A stretch of DNA of 64,000 bases from Dictyostelium discoideum (taxonomy: Eukaryota). Positions 39,523 to 53,595 of this stretch are shown one piece after another (the stretch's first letter is position 1; each line of letters starts with the position of its first letter). The notes beneath the pieces were generated by a model that was given only the letters and a program-made list of their open reading frames with translations, was not told where the DNA came from and made no database searches. Both the position numbers and the translations under genes were made by a program. Location of the stretch: the NCBI GenBank assembly GCA_000004695.1, contig CM000151.3, positions 544,001-608,000 of the forward strand, in the 5' to 3' direction.

Positions 39523-42500
39523 ATGGTAATAATTGGAAATAAAGAATATACACCAATTGGAGCAGAACTTATCCCATCGGATATACTTGGTTTTCCAAAT
39601 GTTTATAGATATGATTTTAGAGATTTACCAATAAGTTTTGAGTTTTTTTATTATAAAATTCAAAATGTGGTAACAATTACTTATAGAAACTTTACAGGTA
39701 TAAATGAAATAAATCAAACTTTACCAGGTTATAGAGAGATGTGAGTTTTTTTTTTTTTTTTTTTTTTGTGTTTTATATATTTATTTTTTGAAAAAACTAA
39801 CAGAAATTAATTGTTTTTTTATTAAAAAAAAAAGGTTTATAAGTTGTGATTGTCTTGATGGTTCAAATTTTAAAATGTCATATATTAATAAAAATACATC
39901 ACTTTTTCAACTTGATAAATCATATTTAAATTTAATTAATGATTCTCCAAATTTAAATAAATTATATTCATTAACATTAGGATTAAACAATCTTCCAAAT
40001 ATGTCAAATTATTATTTTAATAGTATGATTTTTTATTTTGGACCAAATTTCGATGTTAATTCATTTGGTTTAAATTATAAAACTATAAGGTCAGAGGTTA
40101 AAGAATTTAAATCATCAGATCCGGAAATGTATTTTCCCATTGAAGCTTTAGCAGATCAGGAAGTTTCATTGGTTGGAGGTTATACAATACGTTTTGATTT
40201 AAAATTTAGTCGTCCACAAGATAATAAGCTATTGAACATTTCAAATCAAAATATTCGTTTTATTACTTTTTCCAACCCTGGGAAATTTTTTAATATTGAA
40301 AGTAATTCATTACTTCAATTCCCTCTAATTCTAAACTATAATTGTAAACTTGTTGTTGAATATGGAACGATTTCTCAAACTGAACCAATTTCACAATTTG
40401 GTAATCCAAAGATTATTTCAATGAAACATTCAATTATTTCAGGTGATTTAGGTAAATATCAATTATCAAATCCTAATCAAGAAAGAATCTATGATTTTTC
40501 AGGTAATTCTATAACTGGAACAATTGATCAATCATGGTGTCATGCTATTTTACAAATTAGAGATAATAATATGACTGGTCCAATTCCATCATGTTTTTCT
40601 TGTTATTTTAATTCTCCATTAATTGATTCATCACTTGGTTCATACATTACTTTTTATGGAGCTTTCGAGGGAAACAACTTTACAAATTTATATCCCAATT
40701 TACCTTGTACAACATTTAAACCTCAAATTGAAAGACAATCTAACACAGCTTTAATTATTTACGGTAATGATATTGGTTTCAATGGAGTCTTGTATAAAAT
40801 AAATGGAACTATTAGTTGTAAAACCTATGAACCAATTGAATATGGTAAAAAATTTCTATTTACTACCAATAATAGCATTTCATTTGCCCATGTAAATTAT
40901 TTATCAATTAATTTTTTTTATCCATTTGATAAGGATTATTATTTCCCATTAATTTTTAGATCACCAATTATTGACTCTGTTTATTTTTCAAATGGTAAAA
41001 GTTTACAAGTTGATGGGTCTTACTTTTCAAGTTATTTGGGTCATGTCACACAAACAATCACTATATCAAATTATACATTTGAAATTTTTGATTCAAGTGA
41101 TTTCTTTTCAATTCAAGCAAATTCAACAAAATTAATTCCAGCTTCTTTAACAAATAAATTCGAATTATTAACTTTAACTACAAATTCAAACATTAAAAGA
41201 GTTTATGTAGATTTGGGTTCAAGAAATGATAAATTATGTAAAAATGATTGTATTGATAATGATCATGGTATTTGTAATTTAAATTTAGGTGTTTGTATAT
41301 GTTTAGATGATTTTATTGGTGATGATTGTTCACTTCCAAACTTTTTCATTACATCAGTTCAACCATCAACAACAAATGGTGGTGAAGCTATTTTCTTTGG
41401 TTCATTTTTAGAATTAACAAATAATATTTCATTAACAATTGGCGGAATAGATTGTCAAATTACATTAAATTCAATAGATACAATTAAATGTATAGCACAA
41501 CCTGGTAATGGTATTAAAACTATAATTTTAAAACAAAATGATAAAATATTCACTGGTGTTGGTATTTATAAATATATTGAATTATCAATACCATGTCCAA
41601 ATAAATGTTCAAATAATGGTATTTGTAATTCAACAACTGGAATTTGTAAATGTAAAAATGGATATACTTTATATGATTGTAGCGCATTAATTAATTTAGA
41701 TAATGGTTTAGGCAATAGTAATAATAATACAGGCGGTGGTGGTACAAATACAACAATTGACCCAGGTACAGGTTCAACAAATATTACAGATTCTCAAACT
41801 AATTTCCAAATTTATTTAAAATCATTAATTGAAGTAGATATTAATAATAATGAAGTTAAATCTTATTCATTATTAAAGAATTGGATATTTAATAAAACTG
41901 AAAATGAAATTGAACCAAATAAATATATATTAAAACAACAATTAGTAAATAATACTACTCCAAATTCAAATGGATGTATAATTACATCAACAATTGAAGA
42001 AATTAAAGATAAAAATGGTAAAGAATTTACATTTGCGGGTACATCATTCGTTGTTTCAAGTGGTTCAATTAAATTTACAATTTCAATTGCAAATTATACA
42101 TATCAAAGTAATTTAAATACTTTAAAATTAGAATTAATATCATCAGTTGATAAAATCGATAAAATTAATAATTGTAATTCAAAAGACACAGAAATCGATA
42201 CAACCAATGTAAATGATATATCAACATTTAATTATATCAAAATTTCAAAAAATAATAAAATTTTCTCTGCTAGATTCATTAATAAAGTATTGTCCGATGG
42301 TAGATCAACATTTTTTACAACAAGCGCAAGAAATGATTCAAATTCAATTATTGTATCATTAAATTTACCTCATTGTATTAATGAATGTTTAATTGATCCA
42401 GATTTTTCAGTTTTACTTACAAATGATTTCAAATCTGAATGTGGTGATGATGATTCATCTCGAAAATGGTTTTTACCTGTTGTAGTAGTTGTACCAGTTG

Positions 42501-42607
42501 TAGGTGTTGCTTTTATGATAATCATAATGTTTTTGATTTACAAAAGAAGTACAACACTAAAAATTATGTTACATGCTACAAAATTAAAAAAATTTAATCA
42601 CAAATAA
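39196..42607 (+). CDS. LRR/IPT/EGF type-I membrane surface protein, paralogue A. Three exons: 39196..39404, 39522..39740, 39835..42607.
   Basis: Signal peptide 'MIKIFFFFISILFLIINFNFSNG'. Donors at|GTAAGT and at|GTGAGT. Exon 3 has plant-type LRR text 'ITGTIDQSWCHAILQIRDNNMTGPIPSCFSCYFN', 'FEGNNFTNL', 'FPFDKDYYFPLI', two EGF-like modules ('CKNDCIDNDHGICNLNLGVCICLDDFIGDDCS' and 'CPNKCSNNGICNSTTGICKCKNGYTLYDCS'), the IPT/TIG-like 'ITSVQPSTTNGGEAIFFG...IKCIAQPGNGIKT', 'LSDGRSTF', 'LPHCINECLIDPDF', the TM segment 'LPVVVVVPVVGVAFMIIIMFLIY' and a KR-rich tail. Confidence 0.8.
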
Positions 42608-42997
42608 AATAAAAAAAATAATATTAATAAAAAAATCTTGGGCATTTATAATATTTTTATAAAATTAGTTGGTGTTGAAAACAATATAAATAATTATAAG
42701 TATCTTAATTATTATAATAATTGAAGTTAAAAACCACGTGGTTGTTTAATTTTTTATTTTTGTTGGGTTTTTTTTTTTTTTTAAAAATAAAAAATATCCA
42801 AAAAAAAATAATTTTGGAAACAAAAGAAAAAAAAAAAATTAAAAAATAATCAGAAAAGATATTTTATTTTTTTTAATTTTTTTTTTTTTTTTTTTTGATG
42901 CCAACATAGTTTTTGGGTTTACACCAAAAAAAAAAAAATTACCATTTTTTTTTTTATTTTTTTTTTTTGCGATAAACGAAACGATAGAATCAAAAAA

Positions 42998-43418
42998 ATG
43001 AATTCAATTTTTTTAATTTTTTTTTTAATTTCTATCAATTTTGGAATTTTCTCAACACTATCACCACCACAAAATGAATTAAATGCATTATATAGCCTAA
43101 TAAACAAATTTAACATTAAAATGTTTGGTGATAATCCATCACCAGAATATTTTTGTGTTGTTTATTATTGTTCCCCAATAACAGGTTCAATAATTGGACC
43201 GTAGGTCTCTCTATTTTTTTTTTTTTTTTTTTTTTTTTATTATTTCTGGTTATTAAAATTTTTTTTTTTTTTTTTTTTTTTAAATAGGTTTAAATTAATT
43301 GGGGATCCAAGTAATCAATCTAATGAAGTGATGACTCACTCTGATTTAAAGAACTTTACAAATATATCTTCAATGTATGTAAAAATAAATTAAAAAAGTT
43401 AGGGCCAATAAACTGATT

Positions 43419-43475
<57 letters not shown>

Positions 43476-43676
43476 AAGGGAATTAGTTTATTTTAAAATT
43501 GATGAAGAATTATTATATATTAAATTAAATAATGTTGAAAAGGTTGGTTTTATTTTTGTAAATGGGGTAAAAGAAATAAATAGAACCTTGGCAGATTATA
43601 AAGAGATGTAAGTAAAATTTATTTATTTATTTATTTATTTATTTTTTTATTTTTCAAATCCTAATACTTTTATTTT

Positions 43677-43720
<44 letters not shown>

Positions 43721-46511
43721 TAATAATATTAGAGTAATTGATAGTAGAGATTTAGAAAATAGTACATTTAAACTATCATATATTAATAATGATACTGCAA
43801 AATTTCAAATAAAGAATTCATTTTTGGAATTTGAAAATGATTTACCAGATTTACCATCATTAACAAATTTATTGTTGGAAATTAGAAGTTTACCAAATAT
43901 TTCTCAAATAAATCCTTACCAAGTTTCGTTTAGATTTAGTCCAGATTTTGATATTGGATCATTAAAATTAAATTTTCAAACTTTAAAATCACAATTAATA
44001 ACTATCTTAGATTCGAATGATTCAAATTTAATATATCCATGTGATTTCATAAAAGATCAATATGTTGGACAAAATGAAAAGAGTACTATTAATTTTGGCC
44101 TTAAATTTTTACCACCAATTGATGGTCATGTTATTGATCTATCAAATAAGAATATTGAATCTATATCATATACCAATGCTGGTAATGCTTTTAATATTGT
44201 TATAAATTCAAAATCAACATTCCCTATTTTGGTTGGTTATTATGTTAATGTTGCCCTTTTAAAAGGTAATATATCACAAACTATACCACTTTCACAATTT
44301 GGTAGAGGTGAAAGTATTTCAGTAATAGATTCAAAAATCAGTGGTGATTTGGATACTAATTATAGACCAACTGATGGAGTTGTAAGAAGACTTTATGATT
44401 TTTCAAATAATTTCATTACAGGTACCATTGATCCATCATGGTGTAATGCTCAATTAATAATTAGAAATAATAAAATGAGTGGTGAAGTTCCATCATGCTA
44501 TTCATGTTATTTTAACTATCCAATGCAATTAGTTAATAATCCAGATATTAAAGTTTTTTATGATGGATTTGAAGGAAATAATTTTACAAATTTAGAACAA
44601 AATCTTAAATGTACAACATTTGCTCCACAAATTGATAAAGATTCAGAAACCAGTTTAATTATTTCTGGTACTGATATTGGTTTCTATGGTGATAAGTTTT
44701 TAATACAAGATACTATGATATGTACAACATATCAAGTAATCGAATTTGGTAAAAGTTATAAATGTGGAATTCATCCAAGTTTTTCTTTTAAAGATTTAAA
44801 CTATATTAAAATTAATTTTAAATTCCCATTTGATAAAGATTATTATTTTTCATTAATTAATAGAGTACCAATGATAACATCAGTAACTTACTCAAATAAT
44901 AATTTACAAATTAATGGATCTTACTTTTCAAGTTATTTAGGTCATGTTCCACAAACAATTAGTTTATCAACTTTTACATTTGATATCTTAAATTCAAGTG
45001 ATTTCTTTTCTATCCAAGCAATATCAACTTTTAAAGTAGTTCCAAATCCAGGCTTCAATCTATTAACATTGAAAACAAATTCAAAGATTTCAAGAGTTTT
45101 CATTAATATGGCATCATTAGCAAATGATAAGTTATGTAAAAATAATTGCACAGATGACGACCATGGTGTTTGTAATTTATATTTAGGTACTTGTGTTTGT
45201 AATAATAATTATGAAGGTGATGATTGTTCAATTCCACAATTTTATATTACATCAGTTCAACCATCAACAACAAATGGTGGTGAAGCTATTTTCTTTGGTT
45301 TATATGGATATGACCTTAGTAATATTTCATTAACTATTAGTGGAATAGATTGTCCAATTACATTCAATTCATCAGATACAATTAAATGTATAGCACCACC
45401 TGGTAATGGTATTAAAACTGTAATTTTAAAACAAAATATTAAAATATTCACTGGTATTGGCATTTATAAATATATTGAATTATCAATACCATGTCCAAAT
45501 AAATGTTCAAATAATGGTATTTGTAATTCGACAACTGGAATTTGTAAATGTAAAAATGGATATACTTTATATGATTGTAGCGCATTATTAAATACAGATA
45601 TTGGTTTAGGCAATAATAATAACAATAATAATAATAATGGTGGTACAAATACAACAATTGACCCAGGTACAGGTTCAACAAATATTACAGATTCTCAAAC
45701 TAATTTCCAAATTTATTTAAAATCATTAATTGAAGTAGATATTAATAATAATGAAGTTAAATCTTATTCATTATTAAAGAATTGGATATTTAATAAAACT
45801 GAAAATGAAATTGAACCGAATAAATACATATTAAAACAACAATTAGTAAATAATACTTCTACAACTTCAAATGGATGTATAATTACATCAACAATTGAAG
45901 AAATTAAAGATAAAAATGGTAAAGAATTTACATTTGCGGGTACATCATTCGTTGTTTCAAGTGGTTCAATTAAATTCACAATTTCAATTGCAAATTATAC
46001 ATATCAAAGTAATTTAAATACTTTAAAATTAGAATTAATATCATCAGTTGATAAAATCGATAAAATTAATAATTGTAATTCAAAAGACACAGAAATCGAT
46101 ACAACCAATGTAAATGATATATCAACATTTAATTATATCAAAATTTCCAAGAATAAAAATATTTTCTCTGGTAGATTCATAAATAAAGTATTATCTGATG
46201 GAAGATCAACATTTTTTACAACAAGCGCAAGAAATGACTCAAATTCAATTATTGTGTCATTAAATTTACCACATTGTATTAATGAATGTTTAATTGATCC
46301 AGATTTTTCAGTTTTACTTTCAAATGATTTCAAATCTGAATGTGGTGATGATGATTCATCTCGAAAATGGTTTTTACCTGTTGTAGTAGTTGTACCAGTT
46401 GTTGGTTTTGCTCTTATTTTAATTATACTTTTAATAATTTATAAAAAAAGTACAACATTTAAAATAATACTGCACGCCACAAAATTAAAAAAATTAAAAA
46501 ATAATAAATAA
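42998..46511 (+). CDS. LRR/IPT/EGF type-I membrane surface protein, paralogue B. Four exons: 42998..43198, 43288..43374, 43479..43607, 43733..46511.
   Basis: Same architecture as A, with one extra intron (A's exon 2 is split). Signal peptide 'MNSIFLIFFLISINFGIFS'. Donors cc|GTAGGT, at|GTATGT, at|GTAAGT. The last about 430 codons are nearly identical to A and C. Confidence 0.8.
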
Positions 46512-46622
46512 ATATTTCATCATTTATATTATTTTTTATTTTTATTATATTTTTTTCTTATGATTTTATTACAAAGTTTAAGAATTAAGAATCTTTTTTT
46601 TTTTAATAAAATAATAATATTA

Positions 46623-49019
46623 TCAATTAAATTTATATTTAATTAATTTTTCATTTGAAAAGAATTTAGAAATCTTGATTGCACCTCTTTGAAGTGAAAA
46701 AAGTAAAAAAGATTTTAATTCTTGGTTACTGAATATTCCACCATCTGATTTTTCCTTTAAAATGAAATGTAAATTTTGATTAATGTATTCAAAAATTTGT
46801 AATTTTGAATTTGATGTAATATACTCCATAAATGAATTAACCAAAACTTTAATTAAAAATCTTTGATCTTGGGCAGAATTGGATAATGAAGAATCACTGT
46901 GATACTTTTCGATAATTGTTAAAAACCAATTTAAAAATTTAAAATTATTAATTTCATATAAATAGGGAGTGAATTGGTTAACATCGTTTAATAAGAGTCT
47001 TAATCTTTTAATATAAACATCATAATCCTTTTCTTTACTATTATAATATTTATTAACACTGCTGTTGTTGTTGTTATTGAAATCAAATCTATCGATTGCA
47101 ATGAGTAAATGATATTGATATATTTTTGGATTCAAAGAGAATAAACCATCACCATTTTTCAATTCATCATTATAATTTGTATACACCCAATCTATAAATT
47201 TAAAAAACTCATTTGGATAAGAGGATTCCACGATGTGTACTATTTGGTCCATTGGTTGCTTCACAAAAATATTTGCATTAATTACCAAATCTCTTAATGT
47301 TTCATATCATATTAAAAGTTTATATGATAATCCTGAAGTAGTGTATAAATGGAATGACCATTCAAACCCTAATTTATCATTATCGTAGAGTTTTGGATTA
47401 GAACCAAAATGATGTACAAAATCAGCATAATTTTTATTTAAATTCCAAATAATTTATTCGATCTCCAAAGTATCCATAAACTATAAAGCTAATAAGACTA
47501 CTACCACCACCACCACTATTTCTACAACTTGACGGATTTACTGATTTTGATTTATAAAATAATGATTCAAAATGTTTTAATAATTCTAAATTTTTATAAA
47601 ATGTACTGATGTAATTATCATAAACAATATCTTTAAAGTAATTAGATTGATTGTAAAATAAAAATTCTAACACCTCTATTGATTCGATATAATAGGTTGG
47701 TGGAAGTAATAATTTGTCTAAAGTTATTTGTAGATGATTACCAACTTTATTTGAATAATATTTCACCAACTCCGTATCATTATGAATTACAAGCATACAC
47801 AAGAAATAATAACAACAACAACTCTGAAATTCAAGGTCAGGTTGTTTAATTATTCTTTTAACTATTTCATCAATGAATTTAATCTTTTTCTCTTTATTAA
47901 AACAATGTGAAAATAAAATTTTAAATTCTTCATCAGTTGTTTTACCATTATTAAATTGAATAATATTTGGTAATAAATTTTGAAAACCCTGTTTATATCC
48001 ATTTGTTTCATATGATTCTAAAATTTCATAAATTCCTAATCTAACCGTAATTTCAAGTAAATCACAAGAAGGATATATAGTTTTATAATGACCATCATTG
48101 GATTCTTCATGATAATAACAGAAATATAAAAAATTTGATATTTCATGACCAAATATTGAATGATTTAATTTTAACAGTTTCTTTATAAAATTTTTAATTT
48201 CTTCATTATTATTGAAATTTATTGGATCATTTAATAATGATTTTAAATTAACTTTATTAATTTTCTTTGTGAAATTATCAATTTCTTCAATTGTTACAAT
48301 TGGTTTTTCTTCTTCTTCTTTTGGTGGTGTTTTTAATTTTAAAATCAATATTGCAGTGTTGACTAATGCTTTTAATGTTGATTTTTCATTAATGTGATAG
48401 AATTTCGAATATTCTCCTTTTGTAGTGCAATTAATTAATAATTGATAATATTGATTTCTATCATAATTATGATCATGAGCAATGTAATTTAAATAACATA
48501 ATAACCCTTTGAAAAAATTATTTTCTTGATTTATTTGGCAACTACATCTTGAACAGAAATATTTAAAATCACTATAATTTTTATCTAATAATAAAAATGA
48601 GTTTACTGAATTTAATTCTACAACTAGATATTTAATGAATTTATTTGATCCATTAATAATTGAATGCAAAAGATCTGTTTTTGTTGGTACATAGTTGAAT
48701 TCGTTTACAAATAATTTAAAATTTTTAATTTCTTTGATTCAATTAATGCATACACTACATCTTGTGATGAATTGTAATAATCATTCTCTATATTAAAAAA
48801 GTTTCTATAGAATCTATAATCGTCATGAATAATTGTTGAAAATAGTTTCACTAAATCATCTACATCTAAAGTACAACTATTAGAAAATTGATGTGAATCG
48901 AATTGTAAATATCTACAATTTCTATAAACTTTTTCTTTTAATATACTAAATTGATTTGAATTGATAAGATCTTTAATTGACGATATTGAATCATAACTCG
49001 ATGAGAATTGCTTATCCAT
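46623..49019 (-). CDS. Hypothetical protein with no recognisable domain, apparently fragmented into three collinear ORFs (49019..48705, 48669..47434, 47288..46623) by two frameshifts and one in-frame TGA. Possible pseudogene or unresolved gene model.
   Basis: Hand translation shows ORF 1 ending '...KILNYL*'. The next ORF is open in the -1 frame straight through the junction ('IKNFKLFVNEFNYVPTKTDLLHSII...'), and the track's 'M' there is a TTG. At the second junction the 411-aa frame ends 'EFK*', while the +1 frame is open ('NLNKNYADFVHHFGSNPKLYDNDKLGFEWSF...KLLI') up to a single TGA, then continues into the 221-aa ORF (again a TTG 'start'). The junction regions are not AT-rich enough for Dictyostelium introns and lack phase-compatible GT..AG pairs. 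Confidence 0.45.
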
Positions 49020-49474
49020 AAATGAGAATATCTTTTTATAAATTACTTTATTTCTAAATAATTTCCAAAATAATTTTTCAGTTATTATTCATTGTTGTGT
49101 TATAATTCCCCAAAATAAATAAAAATTAAAAAAAAAAAAAAATTTCTAAGATATTTTAAAAAAAATTTTAACACTAAAATAAAAAAAAAAAAAATTACAT
49201 TTTAATATCCCATCATTTTCTAATCTGCAAAAATGAAAAAATAACATTAAAATATAAAAACAAAAAGAATTTTTTTTTTTTTTTTTTTTTTTTATTATTA
49301 TTTTTATTTATTAAAATTATATATTTCATATTTATCATAATCTTCACCAATCACTAGCACTCATATATACCTTCACCAATAATAATAATAATAATATTAA
49401 TAATATTATAAAGGTGGTTGGGTGTTGAAAAGTAATTTTATGCGGCGCTGGTAGTACCAAAAGATATTTCGGTT

Positions 49475-49505
<31 letters not shown>

Positions 49506-49662
49506 GTCAAAAATACGAAAATACAAAAAACCACCGTTTGAAAAGTGGTTTTTGTGACGTACAATTTTAGTTTTTTATTTTTTTGATATTTTTTTTTTTT
49601 AAAATTTGTGCTTGTATTTTTTTTATTTTCACTTTTTTTATTTTTTATTGGTAGTGGAAAAA

Positions 49663-49910
49663 ATGATACTATATTATTTATTTATCTTCTTTTCTTTTCT
49701 TTGTTTTTTTTCATTTGGGATTATTCCTCCTGAGAATGAACTTCTTGCTTTAAATAATATTGTACAAAAGTTTAATCTTTCAATTGGTAATCAACCAAAC
49801 CCTGATTATTGTTCAATTTTTATCTGTAGTCAAACAAATGGATCACTTATAGATACGTTTGTATTCAAAAATAAATTCTAATTATACATTTCTAAAAATA
49901 AAATTCTAAT

Positions 49911-49943
<33 letters not shown>

Positions 49944-50055
49944 GTCTTTATTTATTAGCTAATTCTATTGAATACACACCAATTGGTGCAAAGATCGCTG
50001 TATCAGATTTAAAACAATTTACAAGTGTTTCTTCAATGTAAAAAACAAAAATTAA

Positions 50056-50118
<63 letters not shown>

Positions 50119-53100
50119 TATAAACTTTTTACTTATTATTTTTTTATTTTTTTTATTTTTTTTTTCAGATTTTTAAATGGATTTGAAATTGAATATGAAT
50201 TTATTTATCACAAATTCGAAAATTGTCAAACCCTTTATTATATTGAAACTAGGGGAGCAATGGTGATAAATAAAACGTTACCCGATTATGCATCAATGTA
50301 AGTTTTTGATTTTATTTTTTATTTTTTGTTTTTTTTATTTTTTTATTAAATTAATAATATGTAATATATATTTTATAAATGTAAAAATTATTAGAAATAT
50401 TGATTGTAAAGGATTAGAAGGTACAGAATTTAAACTATCTTATATTAGCTCAAAAACACATAGTTTCAATATATATGGAGGGAACGTAAACTTTATAACT
50501 GATGTTCCAAAGCCAACATTTTTTCAAAATTTACGTTTAAAAACAAAAAACATACCAGATTTAAAAAAAATTGTATTTGAAAATTTAATTATAAATATTG
50601 ATAAAGATTTCAATACCAGTTCATTATCAGCGTATTATAATACAATTGGAGCGAAATCGACTTCACTATTAAATGATGATAGAAATAATGGACCAAATTT
50701 ACCAAGTGAATTTTTAGGTGATAGATGGGTTTCAAATGATAAATATAGGGACAATTTAGATGTGAATGGTTTTTTAGCTCCAATTAATAATGAGCAAATT
50801 GATTTAACAGAATTGAAGTATTCATTATTAGATTTTAGAAAAGCAGGTCAATTATTCAACATTCAACAAAATTCAAAAAATGTATTCCCAATTAAAACTG
50901 GAAACAGTACAACATACTTGAAATTCCATAATGGAAATATTTCTCAAATTTACCCACTTTCCCAATTTGGAAAAGCTTCATTTATCTCTGTAGTAAATTC
51001 AAGTATTACTGGTGATTTAGGCCCATATGAGCCAAATAATGGATTTCCTACAAGACTTTATGATTTTACTAATAATGCTATAACTGGAACAATTGATCAA
51101 TCATGGTGTAACTCTGTATTGATAGTTAAAAACAATAGGATGAATGGTACAATTCCATCCTGTTTTACATGTTATTTTGATTTTCCAATAATGCTAGTAG
51201 ATAATCCAAGTGCCAGTACTATTTATGAAGCATTTCAAGGAAATAGCTTTGATAATTTAAATACAAATATTAAATGTACAACTTTTGCTCCACAAATTGA
51301 AAAAATTCGAGATAAGGCTCTACATATTTTTGGTAATGATATTGGTTTCGATAGTACTTTCTATAAAATAGATGATATTGGAATATGTAGTTCCTATAAT
51401 ACTATCGAATTTGGTAAAAGCTATGAATGTATAAGTAATAATTATTCATTTAAAGATTTAAAATATATTAAATTTAATTTTAAATATCCATTTGATAAGG
51501 ATTATTATTTCCCATTAATTAAAAGATCACCAATTATTAGCTCTGTACATTTTTTAAATAATAACAATTTACAAGTAAATGGTTCTTATTTTTCAAGTTA
51601 TTTAGGTCATGTTTCTCAAACTATTACTATTTCAAATTTAATATTTGAAATTTTAGATTCAAGTGATTTCTTTACAATTCAAGCAACTCCAATTCAAACA
51701 ATTCCAATTGAAAAACTTGAATACCCTGAAAATACAAATACTTTTGATTTATTAACTTTAAATACAAATTCAAAGATTACAAGAGTTTACATTAATCCAT
51801 CTTCAATTAATGATAAAATATGTAAAAATGATTGTACTGATAATGATCATGGTATTTGTAATTTATATTTAGGTGTTTGTGTTTGTTTAAATGATTTTAT
51901 TGGTGATGATTGTTCGAATTCAAAATTTTTCATTACATCAGTTCAACCATCAACAACAAATGGTGGTGAAGCTATTTTCTTTGGTTCATTTTTAGAATCA
52001 ATCAATACTATTTCATTAACAATTGGTGGAATAGATTGTCCAATTACATTCAATTCATCAGATACAATTAAATGTACAGCACAACCTGGTAATGGTATTA
52101 AAACTGTAATTTTAAAACAAAATGATAAAATATTCACTGGTATTGGCATTTATAAATATATTGAATTATCAATACCATGTCCAAATAAATGTTCAAATAA
52201 TGGTATTTGTAATTCAACAACTGGAATTTGTAAATGTAATAATGGATATACTTTATATGATTGTAGCGCATTATTAAATACAGATAATGGTTCAGGTGGT
52301 AATAATAACAATGGCGGTACAAATACAACAATTGACCCAGGTACAGGTTCAACAAATATTACAGATTCTCAAACTCACTTTCAAATTTATTTAAAATCAT
52401 TAATTGAAGTAGATATTAATAATAATGAAGTTAAATCTTATTCATTATTAAAGAATTGGATATTTAATAAAACTGAAAATGAAATTGAACCAAATAAATA
52501 TATATTAAAACAACAATTAGTAAATAATACTGCTCCAAATTCAAATGGATGTATAATTACATCAACAATTGAAGAAATTAAAGATAAAAATGGTAAAGAA
52601 TTTACATTTGCGGGTACATCATTCGTTGTTTCAAGTGGTTCAATTAAATTTACAATTTCAATTGCAAATTATACATATCAAAGTAATTTAAATACTTTAA
52701 AATTAGAATTAATGTCATCAGTTGATAAAATCGATAAAATTAATAATTGTAATTCAAAAGACACAGAAATCGATACAACCAATGTAAATGATATATCAAC
52801 ATTTAATTATATCAAAATTTCAAAAAATAATAAAATTTTCTCTGGTAGATTCATAAATAAAGTATTATCTGATGGAAGATCAACATTTTTTACAACAAGC
52901 GCAAGAAACGATTCAAATTCAATTATTGTATCATTAAATTTACCACATTGTATAAACGAATGTTTAATTGATCCAGATTTTTCAGTTTTACTTTCAAATG
53001 ATTTCAAATCTGAATGTGGTGATTCATCTCGAAAATGGTTTTTACCTGTTGTTATAGTTGTACCTGTTTTGGGCGCAACTATACTTTTTATAGTTTTCTT

Positions 53101-53179
53101 TATACTCTATAAGAAAAGTACTACACTTAAAATTATGTTGCACGCTGCAAAATTAAAAAAATTAAATACCAATAAATAA
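49663..53179 (+). CDS. LRR/IPT/EGF type-I membrane surface protein, paralogue C. Four exons: 49663..49856, 49945..50037, 50169..50297, 50395..53179.
   Basis: Signal peptide 'MILYYLFIFFSFLCFFSFG'. Donors ac|GTTTGT, at|GTAAAA, at|GTAAGT. Exon 4 begins 'NIDCKGLEGTEFKLSYI', parallel to A ('FISCDCLDGSNFKMSYI') and B ('VIDSRDLENSTFKLSYI'). The C-terminal 430 codons are nearly identical to A and B. Confidence 0.8.
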
Positions 53180-53227
53180 CAAATAAAATAAAACTTTTTA
53201 TATAAATAATAAATAATTAAATTTTTA

Positions 53228-53472
53228 TTAAACTTTATTTAAAGTATAACCTGTTCTAACGACATTTGGTGTGTAAGCACGTGAACAAGTCTTACACCAC
53301 CAACGAAATTTATCATGTTTCCATGCAGGTGCCAACCCACATCTAGTACAATTTGGTATTTGTTGTAATGAGTCAGATTGATTATTTAAACAATTTTGGT
53401 TATTTTGATTTGTAATAATGGTATTTTGTGAATAATTATTATTATTAGTAGTATTATTATTAATATTATTAT

Positions 53473-53509
<37 letters not shown>

Positions 53510-53510
53510 A

Positions 53511-53595
<85 letters not shown>

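Noticed and set aside
45257-46333. Minus-strand ORFs (45257-45463, 45448-45681, 45764-45979, 46133-46333) that recur almost identically at 51943-53007
   Set aside because: They are antisense reading frames inside the homogenised 3' blocks of paralogues B and C. Their recurrence reflects the duplicated sense genes, not independent genes.
48669-48669. The 'Met' starts of ORFs 47434-48669 and 46623-47288 in the six-frame track
   Set aside because: Hand reverse-complementing shows these first codons are TTG, not ATG. Both ORFs are open upstream in their frames, so the starts are ORF-caller artefacts.
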